Assembly: GCA_963921275.4 (NCBI GenBank)
Contig: OZ001293.3
Span: 6,720,001-6,784,000, forward strand
Direction: 5' to 3'
DNA: 64,000 nt
Source of the DNA: an uncultured Hormoscilla sp.
Lineage (GTDB): Bacteria; Cyanobacteriota; Cyanobacteriia; Cyanobacteriales; Desertifilaceae
Made by a program: the position numbers and the translations under genes. The notes beneath the pieces are model-generated. The model saw only the letters and a program-made list of their open reading frames with translations. It searched no databases and was not told the origin of the DNA. Of this stretch, positions 33,050 through 43,687 are shown piece by piece. The first letter of the stretch is position 1. Each line of letters opens with the position of its first letter.

Positions 33050-33346
33050 GTGCCGGTTCGCATTGCTGGGCTTCAAGACGTTTCAAAACCCGTTCGTCAG
33101 CATCATAAGCTTTGTCTGCGAGTAACGCATCAGCAGCATAGACAAATAAGCGGTTATCCTTAGCTGTCCCCCCACATAACCCTCCCGACCTGGCAATAGG
33201 TCCCTGATTCTCTCCCACCGGTCATCTCTTAAAGCATAGCGACGCATTTCTCAAATTCTCCTGCTCTAACCTTTACCAACTCAATCATCTTGTTATATAT
33301 TTTTGGTGGGGATCCATATCGTTAATCTAACTGATGACACGCCCTA
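33050..33346 (-). mobile_element. Internally deleted IS5-family remnant
   Basis: End CTAGGGCGTGTCATCAG; ATG 33247 MRRYALRDDRWERIRDLLPGR..GGTAKDNRLFV fused to ADALLADKAYDADERV. Confidence 0.8.
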
Positions 33347-33782
33347 GATCTCGTAGAGGAAATATTGAGCACACTCCGTTCGCGCAGCGTGGCGCAGCCA
33401 TAAGCGTATTTAGTCTGGCTTAGGCTAACGCGCAGCGTGGCGCAGCCATAGAGATGGTTCCTACTATGTTCTGGGCAGACAGCGGTGACTCCTTATCTGA
33501 ACGGCTTGAGCGAATACTACTACCATCAGAGGATGTTTGTAAAGTAGCAAAAAGCACTCAATATGTAAAAAAGGCTTCCTGGGAAAAGAGCTGAAATATT
33601 AAAATCATCCGTTAGTCATTCAGAAAGCCATGACAAAGCGCATATACCACCGAAGGAACCCAACTACAATGGGAGTTGTTAGAATCTCTCTTACCACCGA
33701 TCACTATTATTCCCCAGGATTGGAGCTGGAGCCACACAGTCAGATAATGTTATAATGGATAGTTGTGTATTCTTTGGCAGCT

Positions 33783-35075
33783 GTGACCACGACCCCTATT
33801 CGTCCGGCGTCTTCCGCATGCTCTTGTCCTGAAGGACTCGGCATGTTCCAGACACCGCCAGATAATCTAGTCGCTGTACCCCAACGCCCCGATCGCCTGG
33901 GACGTTTTGGCAAGTTTGGCGGCAAGTACGTACCGGAAACCCTAATGCCAGCTTTGCTGGAGCTGGAACGGGCGTTTCACCAATACCGCCAGGATCCAGA
34001 TTTTCAACAAGAACTGCAAGGGCTACTCAAAGATTACGTGGGACGGCCCAGTCCTCTGTACTTCGCGGAACGCCTGAGCGCCTATTATACTATACTTGGC
34101 AGTACCCCGCAAATTTATCTGAAGCGGGAGGACTTGAATCACACGGGCGCTCATAAAATCAATAATGCCCTAGCTCAGGCCCTGCTAGCCAAGCGGATGG
34201 GCAAGCAGCGGATCATTGCTGAGACTGGTGCTGGGCAGCATGGGGTGGCGACAGCAACGGTTTGCGCCCGGTTTGGACTGGACTGTGTCATCTATATGGG
34301 CGTCCATGATATGGAACGCCAAGCGCTGAACGTGTTTAGAATGGGACTGTTGGGAGCGGAGGTGCGACCGGTGGAAGCGGGAACGGGTACCCTCAAGGAT
34401 GCTACGTCGGAAGCTATTCGGGACTGGGTGACGAATGTGGAGACTACCCATTACATCTTGGGTTCTGTAGCTGGCCCCCATCCTTACCCGATGATGGTGC
34501 GGGACTTCCATGCAGTTATTGGTCAGGAAACTCGCGCTCAAGCAATGGCTTTATGGGGCGAACTGCCCGATCTTCTCCTAGCTTGCGTGGGCGGCGGTTC
34601 TAATGCCATGGGGTTGTTCCATGAGTTTGTCGAAGAGCGTGAGGTGCGACTGATCGGCGTTGAGGCGGCGGGTGCAGGAGTTGATACTGATAAACATGCT
34701 GCTACCCTGACTCGGGGACGAGTAGGAGTCTTGCATGGGGCCATGAGTTATCTGTTACAAGATGAAGATGGTCAAGTGGTGGAGGCCCACTCGATTAGTG
34801 CTGGTCTGGATTATCCTGGCGTTGGTCCGGAACATAGTTATCTCCAAGATACGGGTCGGGCCGAGTATCATAGCGTGACCGACCAGCAGGCTGTGGATGC
34901 TTTTGAGCTGCTGTCTCGCTTAGAGGGCATTATCCCAGCTCTGGAAACCGCTCACGCGATCGCCTATTTGCCTACTCTCTGCCAGCAGCTGACTGGTAGT
35001 CCCCGCATTGTCATTAATTGTTCGGGGCGCGGCGATAAAGATGTGCAGACTGTAGCTAAATTTGCTAGCCATTAA
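33783..35075 (+). CDS. trpB: Tryptophan synthase beta chain
   Basis: [62 protein letters not shown]; exact start uncertain. Confidence 0.97.
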   Translation: MTTTPIRPASSACSCPEGLGMFQTPPDNLVAVPQRPDRLGRFGKFGGKYVPETLMPALLELERAFHQYRQDPDFQQELQGLLKDYVGRPSPLYFAERLSAYYTILGSTPQIYLKREDLNHTGAHKINNALAQALLAKRMGKQRIIAETGAGQHGVATATVCARFGLDCVIYMGVHDMERQALNVFRMGLLGAEVRPVEAGTGTLKDATSEAIRDWVTNVETTHYILGSVAGPHPYPMMVRDFHAVIGQETRAQAMALWGELPDLLLACVGGGSNAMGLFHEFVEEREVRLIGVEAAGAGVDTDKHAATLTRGRVGVLHGAMSYLLQDEDGQVVEAHSISAGLDYPGVGPEHSYLQDTGRAEYHSVTDQQAVDAFELLSRLEGIIPALETAHAIAYLPTLCQQLTGSPRIVINCSGRGDKDVQTVAKFASH

Positions 35076-35229
35076 AGCCTCTAGTTCGAGATCGTTCCCC
35101 TGGCTCCCGCCTGGGAACGGGCCTGCTGAGGCTCCCGCTTCTAGTTCGAGATCGTTTCCTGATTGTAGCATTGTCCTTACCCAAAGAAGCAACATTCGGG
35201 TAAATCATTCCTGTTGCCAGCGCGAAATT

Positions 35230-35560
35230 ATTTTACTTACAAAATCTATCTTTTACACGCAAGAGGCAGAGCCTATAAGATAGCATTCCGTGGCTGAGCC
35301 ACGGAACGAGGAAAGGGAGCATTTCATATTTGGGAAGATATCTGTAGGGGCGTTTAGCGGAGCTGCTAGCATTACTGCGACAATCTATGATATAAGTTGA
35401 TAGATATACTAGCGTAATGCTTCGCCCGCGCCAAAGCGAGATGCACCCACGAGGAAATCCCCCGTGTTGCCCGAAATTATTTTACCTACAAAATCTATCA
35501 CCTACACACAAGAGGCAGAGCCTCAAAGATAGCATTCCGTGGCTGAGCCACGGAACGAGA
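35230..35560. repeat. Pair of about 80-bp direct repeats with CGTGGCTGAGCCACG palindrome (REP-like cluster after trpB)
   Basis: TACAAAATCTATC...AAGAGGCAGAGCCT..AAGATAGCATTCCGTGGCTGAGCCACGGAACGAG at about 35238 and 35486. Confidence 0.7.
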
Positions 35561-35625
35561 AATACCCGTCGATTTATCTGTGACTGGCGCTGGTGGGCGA
35601 TGCCTACCCTACAGCACAAATAATT

Positions 35626-35943
35626 TCAAGAAGTTGGGGAATCACCATTAGGAGTTTGGCGCATCAGATATTGCCATATCCGCTTGATCTCCGCTCGATC
35701 CACCTCAGCATGGCGAATCGAATTTTCGAGAGTTAGACCTACAGCATCGACAGTACAAGCTGTATTATCGACCTGGCGGGATAAATTATCCATAGAGGTT
35801 TCCATAGCAGCGAGACGCCGTTCCGTTTCTTCCGCAAAGCGATCGAGGCGAGTATCTATGCGCGTGATCGCCTCTGCATGTGCCTGCTGCATCAGAGCCG
35901 TTTGTGCGAGAATCTGTTCTATTTGGTCAAGTTTGCTCGTCAT
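35626..35943 (-). CDS. Hypothetical coiled-coil protein
   Basis: 105 aa heptad-rich, ends EIKRIWQYL; purine-rich RBS. Confidence 0.6.
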   Translation of the reverse strand: MTSKLDQIEQILAQTALMQQAHAEAITRIDTRLDRFAEETERRLAAMETSMDNLSRQVDNTACTVDAVGLTLENSIRHAEVDRAEIKRIWQYLMRQTPNGDSPTS

Positions 35944-35979
35944 CTTTTTTTCCTTTTTGTCAGTTATTAAAATATAATT

Positions 35980-36120
35980 GACTTATTCTTGGCAAAAGTA
36001 AGCTTAATGTCAGAGATAATTGACTTATTCTCGCCAAGACTAAGCCTATCGGGAGCGAAAATCGACTTATTCTCGGTCGGAATAAATTTATTCTCGGTCG
36101 GAATGGATTTATTCTCAGTC
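35980..36120. repeat. 21-bp-period degenerate tandem repeat (GACTTATTCTCGG core)
   Basis: About 7 units seen directly. Confidence 0.65.
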
Positions 36121-36514
36121 AACACCCCCAACCTACCTTGGCCGGAGTTGCGACATGCTATGCGGGGTTGTTCTGCAATAGTGGGGGTCTAAAAGTTGCG
36201 GTTTATTTTATCACTCTTGTGGCTATTGTAACGCTCCTCCAGGATCTACTTATGAGGCGATCGGCCCTGCATCCGAGACAACGAACCACCGGTAAGTAGG
36301 CAAAGGTTTATAGACTTGTAGGATTTGTGGATACCTGAAGCTACGCGATGTGCAACTTTCTACGGAAGAATAACGGTTTGGTGGTCTTTGGCTGAAAATG
36401 TTGTTCTCAAAACTCCCTAAATCTCGTTGGTTGGAAAAAGTTGCACATGGCGTTGAAGCTTCTCTCAAATGCGAGCGAGTACCAATGGTTTGGGGTAGCT
36501 CAGTTCCTTCCAAA

Positions 36515-36776
36515 GACCAACCACAAACCCTAGCTAAAAACCGCTAAAGCGGTTTTTAGCTACTCAGGTGGATCAAGCTCACCCGCAAGAATAAACGTTA
36601 TAGGTCAGGACGGGTACGAGGCTAGCTCCAAGCTCTGTCGAGTGTCGTTAAACAGGCAACCGGGTGCTGAATTGCCAATGCGACATTTGCAAAAAGCCAT
36701 TATAACCGATTTTTCCGGAACGGTGCGAAGCCAACTTTACAAGCAATTCCGTTGAGACGCAACAATGTCTAATTAC
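36515..36776 (+). ncRNA. Probable orphan IscB omega RNA (HEARO-like), IS200/IS605 remnant
   Basis: Hairpin TAGCTAAAAACCGC-TAAA-GCGGTTTTTAGCTA, then ordered motifs ACGTTATA, GCTAGCTCC, GCTCTGTCG, TTAAACAG, AAAAAGCC, TATAAC, GCGAAGCCAACTTTAC, then ATGTCTAATTAC (MSNY) with no IscB ORF; recognised from memory of the family. Confidence 0.65.
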
Positions 36777-36871
36777 ACACTTATTTGATCGCACCCAGTC
36801 GAAGAGGACCAGAAATATGGTAAGTTAAGAGAGTTACCGGGTTTCTTAACGAGATCGGATGGTGATTACAC

Positions 36872-37786
36872 ATGCCAAAACAATTTGCTAACATGTTCGT
36901 AGCCCTCATACTTGGCTTGAGTGGCGGCTCTATCTTATATCTGAGAGCATTTCCGAATATATCTTCTTCACCTTTAACTGTGTCTCATCGAACATCTTCA
37001 TCTATTGCGGCCCTAGAGGAACGGGTTTATGCCGAGGTGAATCAATATCGGACATCCCGGAATTTGCCCCCTTTGCAGCTTGATGCTAAAATTAGCGCCG
37101 AAGCCAGAAATCATAGTACTATAATGGCCAGAAGAGGGGAAATTAGTCAGGATGGGTTTGAAAGACGAGTTAAGGCGATCTCCCGCGAGATTCCCTATAG
37201 CAGGGTGGCGGAAAACATCGCTTATAATTCCGGTAATGCTGACCCGGTGAAAGCAGCAGTAGAGGGTTGGATTAATAGCACCAGTCATCGTCAAAATCTG
37301 ACCGGTGATTTCGATTTGACGGGCATTGGCATTGCCAGAAACGAGCGGGGGGAATATTATTTCACTCAAATCTTGATTAAAACTCCGAGATCTATAGCAG
37401 TTGCGGTTCTGGAGGAACGAGTTCACGTTCAGGTAAATAAATATCGGGCTTCCCGGAACTTGCCTCCTCTGAAACTTAATGCTATAATCAGTGAAGAAGT
37501 AAGAAAGCACTCTCAGAGGATGGCGAGAAGAAGGGAAATCAGTCATGATGGGTTTGAAGAGCGCATTCAGGCGATCGGTCGCTGGATTCCCTATGGTGCA
37601 GCGGCTGAGAATGTGGCTTCAAATGCCGGTCACGATAACCCAGCTACTGTGGCAGTAGAGGGGTGGATTAAAAGTCCCGGACATCATCAGAATATGATCG
37701 GTGATTTCGATCTGACGGGCATTGCGATCGTTCGAAACGATCGGGGAGAATATTATTTTACGCAAGTATTTATTAAAGGCAGGTAA
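36872..37786 (+). CDS. Tandem CAP (SCP) domain protein with signal/anchor
   Basis: Two copies of VNxYRxSRNLPPL...HS..MA...AENxA.N...AVEGW.xS.xH.QN.xGDFDLTGI. Confidence 0.9.
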   Translation: MPKQFANMFVALILGLSGGSILYLRAFPNISSSPLTVSHRTSSSIAALEERVYAEVNQYRTSRNLPPLQLDAKISAEARNHSTIMARRGEISQDGFERRVKAISREIPYSRVAENIAYNSGNADPVKAAVEGWINSTSHRQNLTGDFDLTGIGIARNERGEYYFTQILIKTPRSIAVAVLEERVHVQVNKYRASRNLPPLKLNAIISEEVRKHSQRMARRREISHDGFEERIQAIGRWIPYGAAAENVASNAGHDNPATVAVEGWIKSPGHHQNMIGDFDLTGIAIVRNDRGEYYFTQVFIKGR

Positions 37787-37789
37787 GAA

Positions 37790-38413
37790 ATGAAGCAGAC
37801 TCAGGTGCGCGATCGGGATCTTTCTCAGAATATTCTCTCTGCATACCTCTCAGCAGAAGCGGTGGCAGTAGATACGGAAACAATGGGATTGCTGCCCATG
37901 CGCGATCGGCTATGTCTGGTGCAGTTGTGCGATTCTGAAGGTAGAGTAACAGCAATCCGCATTGCCAAAGGACAGACCGAAGCCCCCAATTTAAGGCAGT
38001 TACTGGAAGCAAATAACGTTCTGAAAGTGTTTCATTTTGCCCGCTTCGACCTGGCGATGCTGCGCTACCATCTCCAGATCGAAGTAAAGCCCGTATTTTG
38101 CACGAAAATTGCTAGCCGACTAGCCCGAACCTACACAAATAGACATGGATTGAAGGAGTTAGTACTAGAATTAGAAAAGGCAGAACTGGATAAATCCGCT
38201 CAAAGTTCCGATTGGGGAAATCCGGGGAACTTATCTGCAAAGCAGTTGAGCTATGCTGCCAATGACGTGCGTTATCTGTTGGGGGCGCAACAGAAGTTAG
38301 TAGAGATGCTGCAACGCGAGGAACGATGGGAATTGGCGCAGCAATGTTTTACCTGTTTGCCCGTCCTAGTTTCTCTGGACTTGCTTCAATATAAAGATGT
38401 GTTTGAACATTGA
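37790..38413 (+). CDS. rnd: Ribonuclease D-like 3'-5' exonuclease
   Basis: AVDTETMGL...RDRLCLVQL, KVFHFARFD, QSSDWG, YAANDV. Confidence 0.88.
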   Translation: MKQTQVRDRDLSQNILSAYLSAEAVAVDTETMGLLPMRDRLCLVQLCDSEGRVTAIRIAKGQTEAPNLRQLLEANNVLKVFHFARFDLAMLRYHLQIEVKPVFCTKIASRLARTYTNRHGLKELVLELEKAELDKSAQSSDWGNPGNLSAKQLSYAANDVRYLLGAQQKLVEMLQREERWELAQQCFTCLPVLVSLDLLQYKDVFEH

Positions 38414-38649
38414 GAATTGTTAATTTTCAATGGAGAATACACTCATTCCCTGTGTCTCGCAGGGAATGAGAGATCGCTCGTTCCCTGACTCGGGCAGCGA
38501 TCGCGGACTACTCGGCGCGACAAGAAACAGGGTTTCTGCGATAATTGTGGCATTACAACGGATATTTAAGCTTAAGAAACCCGGTTTCTGACCGCCAAAC
38601 CGAAAAGTATTGCCTGTCTGGTATCGATAGAAAGACCTTTTCCCTCCTC

Positions 38650-40836
38650 CTAGTCTTTAGATGACTCTGAGTAATTAAACATGAAGACAAACTTGTTTTT
38701 CGGGAAAATCAGCGTTGGCAGATATAGAGGTTGCTCGTCCCAATCTTTTGCCTTTTCACCTTTTTCATACATCACAACCAACATCGGCACATCTGGATAT
38801 TCCCGTTTTGGCTTAGTTATCCATTTACTGTATGCAAAATTAGAACTCTTCCCCAAAGGACTCCTTCCCCAAGGTCTCAGGCGGTTAGCCAAGTCTAGTC
38901 CCTCACCATTTTTACCTCGGCGAACGTTGAGCATTCCTTCATGAATATTCTCTGCTTTCATAGCCCTGAGAGCTTCCTTGACTTGCTTATCCTCCCATGA
39001 AGCTCCAGCGCAAGGTTCGCTTGGCATATGTTCGAGAACCTGGATTAAAAAGTCAATGTCTACCTGGCGGTATTCCTCATCATCGTTGTATGCAGCTAGA
39101 AGTTCATTGAGGGAGTCTGTATGTTTCTTGACTTCTGAAGCTTTCCAAAGCGGATCGCGAGGGAAAATAGCCGATCCTGGCGTGAAAGCCTCTATTTCCG
39201 CCGGATTCAAAACGTTAGAACGAGTTGGCTTGAGCTTTCGACCAACCCAGACAGGCTTAATCTTAATTTTGCTGGGATCGTCCCCGATCGCCTGGCGCAT
39301 ACCTTCATCAGCCTCATGGATAGCGCAAAAGTCCTCATAAATGTGCTGAGGTACAAACAGACGAGTCACATCTAACAATTCTGGGCGATAACCATACATC
39401 CGTGCGTGTTGATGCACGGTATCCATCAATTTTTGCTTGGGATCGCGCCCGTAGTAAGTAACCATCAACCCCTCAATGGTAACACCGCGCCCTAGGCGGT
39501 TCCCTCCAATCAGAATATTCATTCCGGGGTTATATGTCACTTCTTTATTGGGATTATCTGCATTGATTACTTCTGGGATAGCATTCCGCAGCTTATACTT
39601 TAGCTTCTCGACCAATTCATCAACTGATGGTAAATCCTGTGCTGTTTTGCTTAACTCCCCATGAGCTTGCTTTAAACACTTCAGCGCCTCCTCTTGCTTC
39701 GTTGCAGAGGATTGTCCTCGAATCGCCTTGTCAAGTTCCACAACAAAGTTGCGAATCACTTTTTCCAAATTGCTGTGATTTATGCGCCTGTGGCAAATAT
39801 GGGCGAGGAAAGAATAGACAGCAGAACGATCTTTGGCAGATTTCATCTTGTAAATTGAACCCAAAAAGAAACAGCATAGGGCCAGTTTCAGACCCGGAGG
39901 AATATTCCAGTTATTGCCTAGATTTATATCTCCTCCCTGTTTTTTTAACATATCTAGTTCTTCCGCTTCTACTTCTGTGTAGCAGAAGCTGCGATCGTCC
40001 TTAAAAAACAGGTCTCCTCCCATGTACTTCGCGCCCGGTTGAGAAAGAACACAGAAAGCCGGCTTACATTCATGGTCAATATTTTGCAGCAGCAGACTTT
40101 GGGGAGTAGCTGTAATCTGTAAATAGATATGATTTGCAACCTCTTCCCTAATCTTCCCGATTTTGTCAAAAGTAGAACTATCTGGAACTGTATCTTTCCC
40201 CTTCTTTGATTGCTGGGCCTCATTGGTGTTCAGACTAGCATTGTCAGCTTCGTCATCAAATATAATGGTAGGAACACCACGGGCTTTAGCATCCTTAAGC
40301 ACCTTAAGCAACTTATCTAGGTGATCTTTCTGCTTTGTGGATATCAGGACAACGCCCGTCTCTTTTATATAGTCAAGCAATTGCTGAGTCGCAAATTCTC
40401 CTGGATCCTTTTTCCATTGTTCCCAGTTAAAGACAACCGGTCCACCTTCTAGTTTATTTTTGAAACGTCTAGCAGTTTGTTTCCCGAGCCATACATTATT
40501 AGATGTCAAGACAATAAAACAACGAAATCCATTTGCTTGAGCCATTGCCAGAGTAGCAATGGTAGTCTTAGTCTTGCCGCTTTGGACTTTTCCGTAGATT
40601 ATTCCAGTCGTGCCATTGGGAATTTTGCCTTTGTGAGGCTTACTGACAATACCCGAACCGGTAGCGCCAACATCACCAGCGCCGAAGGTCTTGTCGTAAA
40701 CATCAACACAGTTTTGGACAATTTCCACAGCGGTTTGCTTTAACTGCTCTGCGGCCTTATCCTTTAATTCGTTGCTTACCACCTCAAGCAGGTTATTGAT
40801 GCAATATTCATCAGTCTTAATCGGAGTTTTACTCAT
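38650..40836 (-). CDS. SF2 helicase-Z1 domain protein (728 aa)
   Basis: Walker A GKVQSGKT, Walker B DDEADNAS, TATP, Z1 motif ILIGGNRLGRGVTIEGLMVTYYGR...DTVHQHARMYGYR. Confidence 0.88.
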   Translation of the reverse strand: MSKTPIKTDEYCINNLLEVVSNELKDKAAEQLKQTAVEIVQNCVDVYDKTFGAGDVGATGSGIVSKPHKGKIPNGTTGIIYGKVQSGKTKTTIATLAMAQANGFRCFIVLTSNNVWLGKQTARRFKNKLEGGPVVFNWEQWKKDPGEFATQQLLDYIKETGVVLISTKQKDHLDKLLKVLKDAKARGVPTIIFDDEADNASLNTNEAQQSKKGKDTVPDSSTFDKIGKIREEVANHIYLQITATPQSLLLQNIDHECKPAFCVLSQPGAKYMGGDLFFKDDRSFCYTEVEAEELDMLKKQGGDINLGNNWNIPPGLKLALCCFFLGSIYKMKSAKDRSAVYSFLAHICHRRINHSNLEKVIRNFVVELDKAIRGQSSATKQEEALKCLKQAHGELSKTAQDLPSVDELVEKLKYKLRNAIPEVINADNPNKEVTYNPGMNILIGGNRLGRGVTIEGLMVTYYGRDPKQKLMDTVHQHARMYGYRPELLDVTRLFVPQHIYEDFCAIHEADEGMRQAIGDDPSKIKIKPVWVGRKLKPTRSNVLNPAEIEAFTPGSAIFPRDPLWKASEVKKHTDSLNELLAAYNDDEEYRQVDIDFLIQVLEHMPSEPCAGASWEDKQVKEALRAMKAENIHEGMLNVRRGKNGEGLDLANRLRPWGRSPLGKSSNFAYSKWITKPKREYPDVPMLVVMYEKGEKAKDWDEQPLYLPTLIFPKNKFVFMFNYSESSKD

Positions 40837-41308
40837 AGTTACTGTCTTGTGATGACAAAAATACGCCAGGCCAGTCACTTTGGGGCACGCTTTGGGCCAT
40901 CTGCTGCCTGCCAGGACCACTTACATGATAGCTTCCGCGAGGTCGCCTCGACACTGATATGTGCTGACCGCCAATCCCAAGGTCTCTGTCTAAGACACTG
41001 CGAAGGCGATCGGCGGCTATGCAGCAAATGCCGTCTTTGTGACAGACTAGGGCCAGGAATACCGAAAAGCCCAGATGCTGGCGATGCAGGGTATTCAGGG
41101 CCGAATCTTCCTGAGAGCTTAAGGTGAAGGACCATGCAGATGTCGGTTTCGTGGACACCTTAAATATAATAGCAGACTGAGTGCGCTCATTTTCAACTAG
41201 GTACAGTGAGGGATGGATCTCTCTGGCATGGGTGATGGTAATTTTGTCTCCATAGTTAATTAGCTTTAAGATGGCGGCACCGTGAAGAAATTCCCGATCG
41301 TTGATCAT
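40829..41308 (-). CDS. Hypothetical 159-aa protein overlapping the Z1 gene start
   Basis: MINDREFLHGAA...FKVST...WSFTL...LVCHKDGICCI; 8-bp overlap with the Z1 ATG. Confidence 0.7.
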   Translation of the reverse strand: MINDREFLHGAAILKLINYGDKITITHAREIHPSLYLVENERTQSAIIFKVSTKPTSAWSFTLSSQEDSALNTLHRQHLGFSVFLALVCHKDGICCIAADRLRSVLDRDLGIGGQHISVSRRPRGSYHVSGPGRQQMAQSVPQSDWPGVFLSSQDSNYE

Positions 41309-41387
41309 TTGCAGTCACTTCCCTGACAATTGCATACTATCTCTACTCATAGGTTATTAAAGAGTGCGATCGCCCTTCCCCATATCA

Positions 41388-41954
41388 CTACTCCTGTTCG
41401 CCAAGGCCCGATCGGACCGCAGCGGCAAACTGGGGCGCAACCAGGGCAATATCGGACAAAACCTCTTCCACTGTCATCGGCGGTTTGCGAAGTCCTGCTG
41501 CTTGTTCCCTGACGATCCCCATCATCGTTTCCGAATCTCGTCTAAACAGAATCATCAAGAACTGGTCGGGGGATTTCGCCTCAATCTCGAATGGTGCTAA
41601 CGCCCGATCGGGGAAGTCCTTTAAATTACTCGTTACAATCAATTTTGCATTGTCTGCCACCGCTGCTGCTAAAACATGCCTATCTTTCTCATTATTAGTC
41701 ATAGCAGGAATCAGGCCCTCAAACGCACTCACCGTAACGAAGGGAAAGAATTCGTCCATTCTCCTAACAAGTCTCTGGGCCTGCTGTGGACTCATTCTAC
41801 CAGTTTTTACCAGATTGCGGCTAACTTCCTGTAGAATCATATCACTCCATCTGACTCTATAAAGTTGGGCTTCAGCAGCAGGCAGCAATGGATCTCGTAA
41901 GCTTGCAGGAAAAATAACGCAGGCGTCTAAAACCGCCTTCAATACTTCTGCCAC
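41388..41954 (-). CDS. PIN-domain (VapC-like) toxin
   Basis: AVLDACV, WSDMILQE, DRHVLAAA, IVTSNLKDFP, SPDQFL. Confidence 0.88.
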   Translation of the reverse strand: MAEVLKAVLDACVIFPASLRDPLLPAAEAQLYRVRWSDMILQEVSRNLVKTGRMSPQQAQRLVRRMDEFFPFVTVSAFEGLIPAMTNNEKDRHVLAAAVADNAKLIVTSNLKDFPDRALAPFEIEAKSPDQFLMILFRRDSETMMGIVREQAAGLRKPPMTVEEVLSDIALVAPQFAAAVRSGLGEQE

Positions 41955-41976
41955 CTACAGTCTCCTAATGCTTACT

Positions 41977-42477
41977 CTACTCGGCTGGATTATGCTGCTT
42001 ATTAGTCGGCGTCTTCACCATCGGGTACAAGCCGCACTCCTGGCTAATTTCTGCTAACTCTTGTATACCCCGCCGATGCAATTCCGACAGCTTTTGCTTG
42101 TGCTCCATCACGACATCTAACTCAATTCTCTGCTCCCAACCCGTATCAATAAAAGGAATTTCTCCATTTTTTACGAGGCGCACTACATATTTCCAATCTA
42201 CATTTAGCAAAGCGGCAGCTTCGGAAATTGTCAATGGCTGGTGAAAGGTGGAAATTATTACCCCATTGCCTTTGGTTAACTGATGCGCCGCCTGACGCAG
42301 TAAACGAAACATCGACTCGGGCAGTTCTATTTCTTCTCCCTCTGGGCTGACAAGTCGTGGCAGTTGGGGACCCGATCCATTACTCGGTCCATTCAACAGC
42401 TTCGACAATAAAGCCAACTCGGCGAGTTCTTCGGAGGTTGCCACTATTGGTTCGGGCTCAATGTCAGTATAATTCAT
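41977..42477 (-). CDS. Excisionase-family HTH protein (putative antitoxin), paralog 1
   Basis: EIELP...LTISEAAALLNV...GEIPF...QRI...RRGIQELAEISQECGLY. Confidence 0.85.
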   Translation of the reverse strand: MNYTDIEPEPIVATSEELAELALLSKLLNGPSNGSGPQLPRLVSPEGEEIELPESMFRLLRQAAHQLTKGNGVIISTFHQPLTISEAAALLNVDWKYVVRLVKNGEIPFIDTGWEQRIELDVVMEHKQKLSELHRRGIQELAEISQECGLYPMVKTPTNKQHNPAE

Positions 42478-42525
42478 CGGCTTACTGAAAATGCGTTTAC
42501 TCTCTATTCTATACTATTTCCCCAT

Positions 42526-42993
42526 CTAGTACAAACCGCACTCCTGGCTAAGGGACGCCAACTCTTCTATGCCCTGCCTATGCAACTCAGACAGCTTCTG
42601 CTGATGAGCGATCGCATCGGATAGGCGAATGAGGCGCAGTCTTCCATCCTGAATGAAAGGAATTTCCCCCTTGTCAAGCAATTTATTTACATATTGCACT
42701 TGAGAACCGATCAAAGCAGCAGCTTGCCAGGTTGTCAATGGATCGTGAAATATAACAGTACTCATGCCATTCCCCCGCGCTAACTGATACACCTGCTCGC
42801 GCAGCAAGTGAAATACAGACGCCGGCAGTTCTATTTCTTCTCCATCTGAGCTGACAAGTCGTGGCAGTTGGGGACGTGAGCCATTACTCGATCCATTCAA
42901 TAGCTTGGACAATAAAGCCAACTCCGCGCGTTCCTGCTCCGTTGCCACTATCGGTTCGGGCTTGATGTCACTAGAATTCATGTGCTTACTCAA
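42526..42993 (-). CDS. Excisionase-family HTH protein, paralog 2
   Basis: LTTWQAAALIGSQVQYVNKLLDKGEIPF. Confidence 0.85.
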   Translation of the reverse strand: MSKHMNSSDIKPEPIVATEQERAELALLSKLLNGSSNGSRPQLPRLVSSDGEEIELPASVFHLLREQVYQLARGNGMSTVIFHDPLTTWQAAALIGSQVQYVNKLLDKGEIPFIQDGRLRLIRLSDAIAHQQKLSELHRQGIEELASLSQECGLY

Positions 42994-43012
42994 AATGCGT
43001 TTGCTCTCTATT

Positions 43013-43459
43013 CTATACTATCTCTTCCGATAGGAGTGCCGTCGAGTACAAGCCCAAATCATCGCACATCCGCGTCATTTCTGCCAAACCCTGCCGCCGT
43101 AACTCATCCCACTTCTGCTTATAAGCCATCAGATCTTCAAACCGAATTCGGCGCTCCAAACCATATCCAGTAGAAGGAATTTCCCCATCTTTCAGCAGTT
43201 GCACCAGATGCTGTCGCGGCACATCAAGTAACTTAGTAGCTTCCCAAATTGGTAATGGATCGTGAAAGATAACAGTCATCACGCCATTGCCCCGCGCTAA
43301 CTGATACAACTGCTGACGCAGCAAGCGCAATACAGACGCAGGCAGTTCAATTTCTTCACCCTCTGGGGTGACAAATCGTGGCAACTGCGAGCCATTACTC
43401 AGTCCCTTCAACAACTGGGACAATGAAGCCAAGTCAGCGAGTTCTCGTTCTGTTGCCAC
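43013..43459 (-). CDS. Excisionase-family HTH protein, paralog 3 (N-terminus trimmed)
   Basis: [30 protein letters not shown] start abuts the stop of paralog 4. Confidence 0.75.
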   Translation of the reverse strand: MATERELADLASLSQLLKGLSNGSQLPRFVTPEGEEIELPASVLRLLRQQLYQLARGNGVMTVIFHDPLPIWEATKLLDVPRQHLVQLLKDGEIPSTGYGLERRIRFEDLMAYKQKWDELRRQGLAEMTRMCDDLGLYSTALLSEEIV

Positions 43460-43522
43460 TACAGGCCGAACTCTTGACTCATTCGAGCCAACTCTTCTAT
43501 ACCCCGCCGATGCAACTCAGAC

Positions 43523-43687
43523 GGATGTGGTCATAAGTAGTTGATAGCCAAGTGCATCGCCCGATACATGTATATAGCCCGCGCAGGCGGGCTTTGTTCA
43601 TGTAGCCGGGCCCCTCGTTCCCACGGCTCCGCCTGGGAACGGGTTCGGGCGGCGAGGTCTCCTACCAACGGGCGCAAGACCACACCC
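43523..43687. mobile_element. 165-bp MITE with the end of the 3828-4802 element
   Basis: GGATGTGGTCATAAGTAGTTGATAGCC ... GACCACACCC; 9-bp TSD AACTCAGAC. Confidence 0.85.

Noticed and set aside
31845..33218. Transposase-DUF4347 fusion protein in the ORF track (also 53094-53597)
   Set aside because: The upstream part is a deleted IS5 relic; the real start aligns with paralog A at MKH
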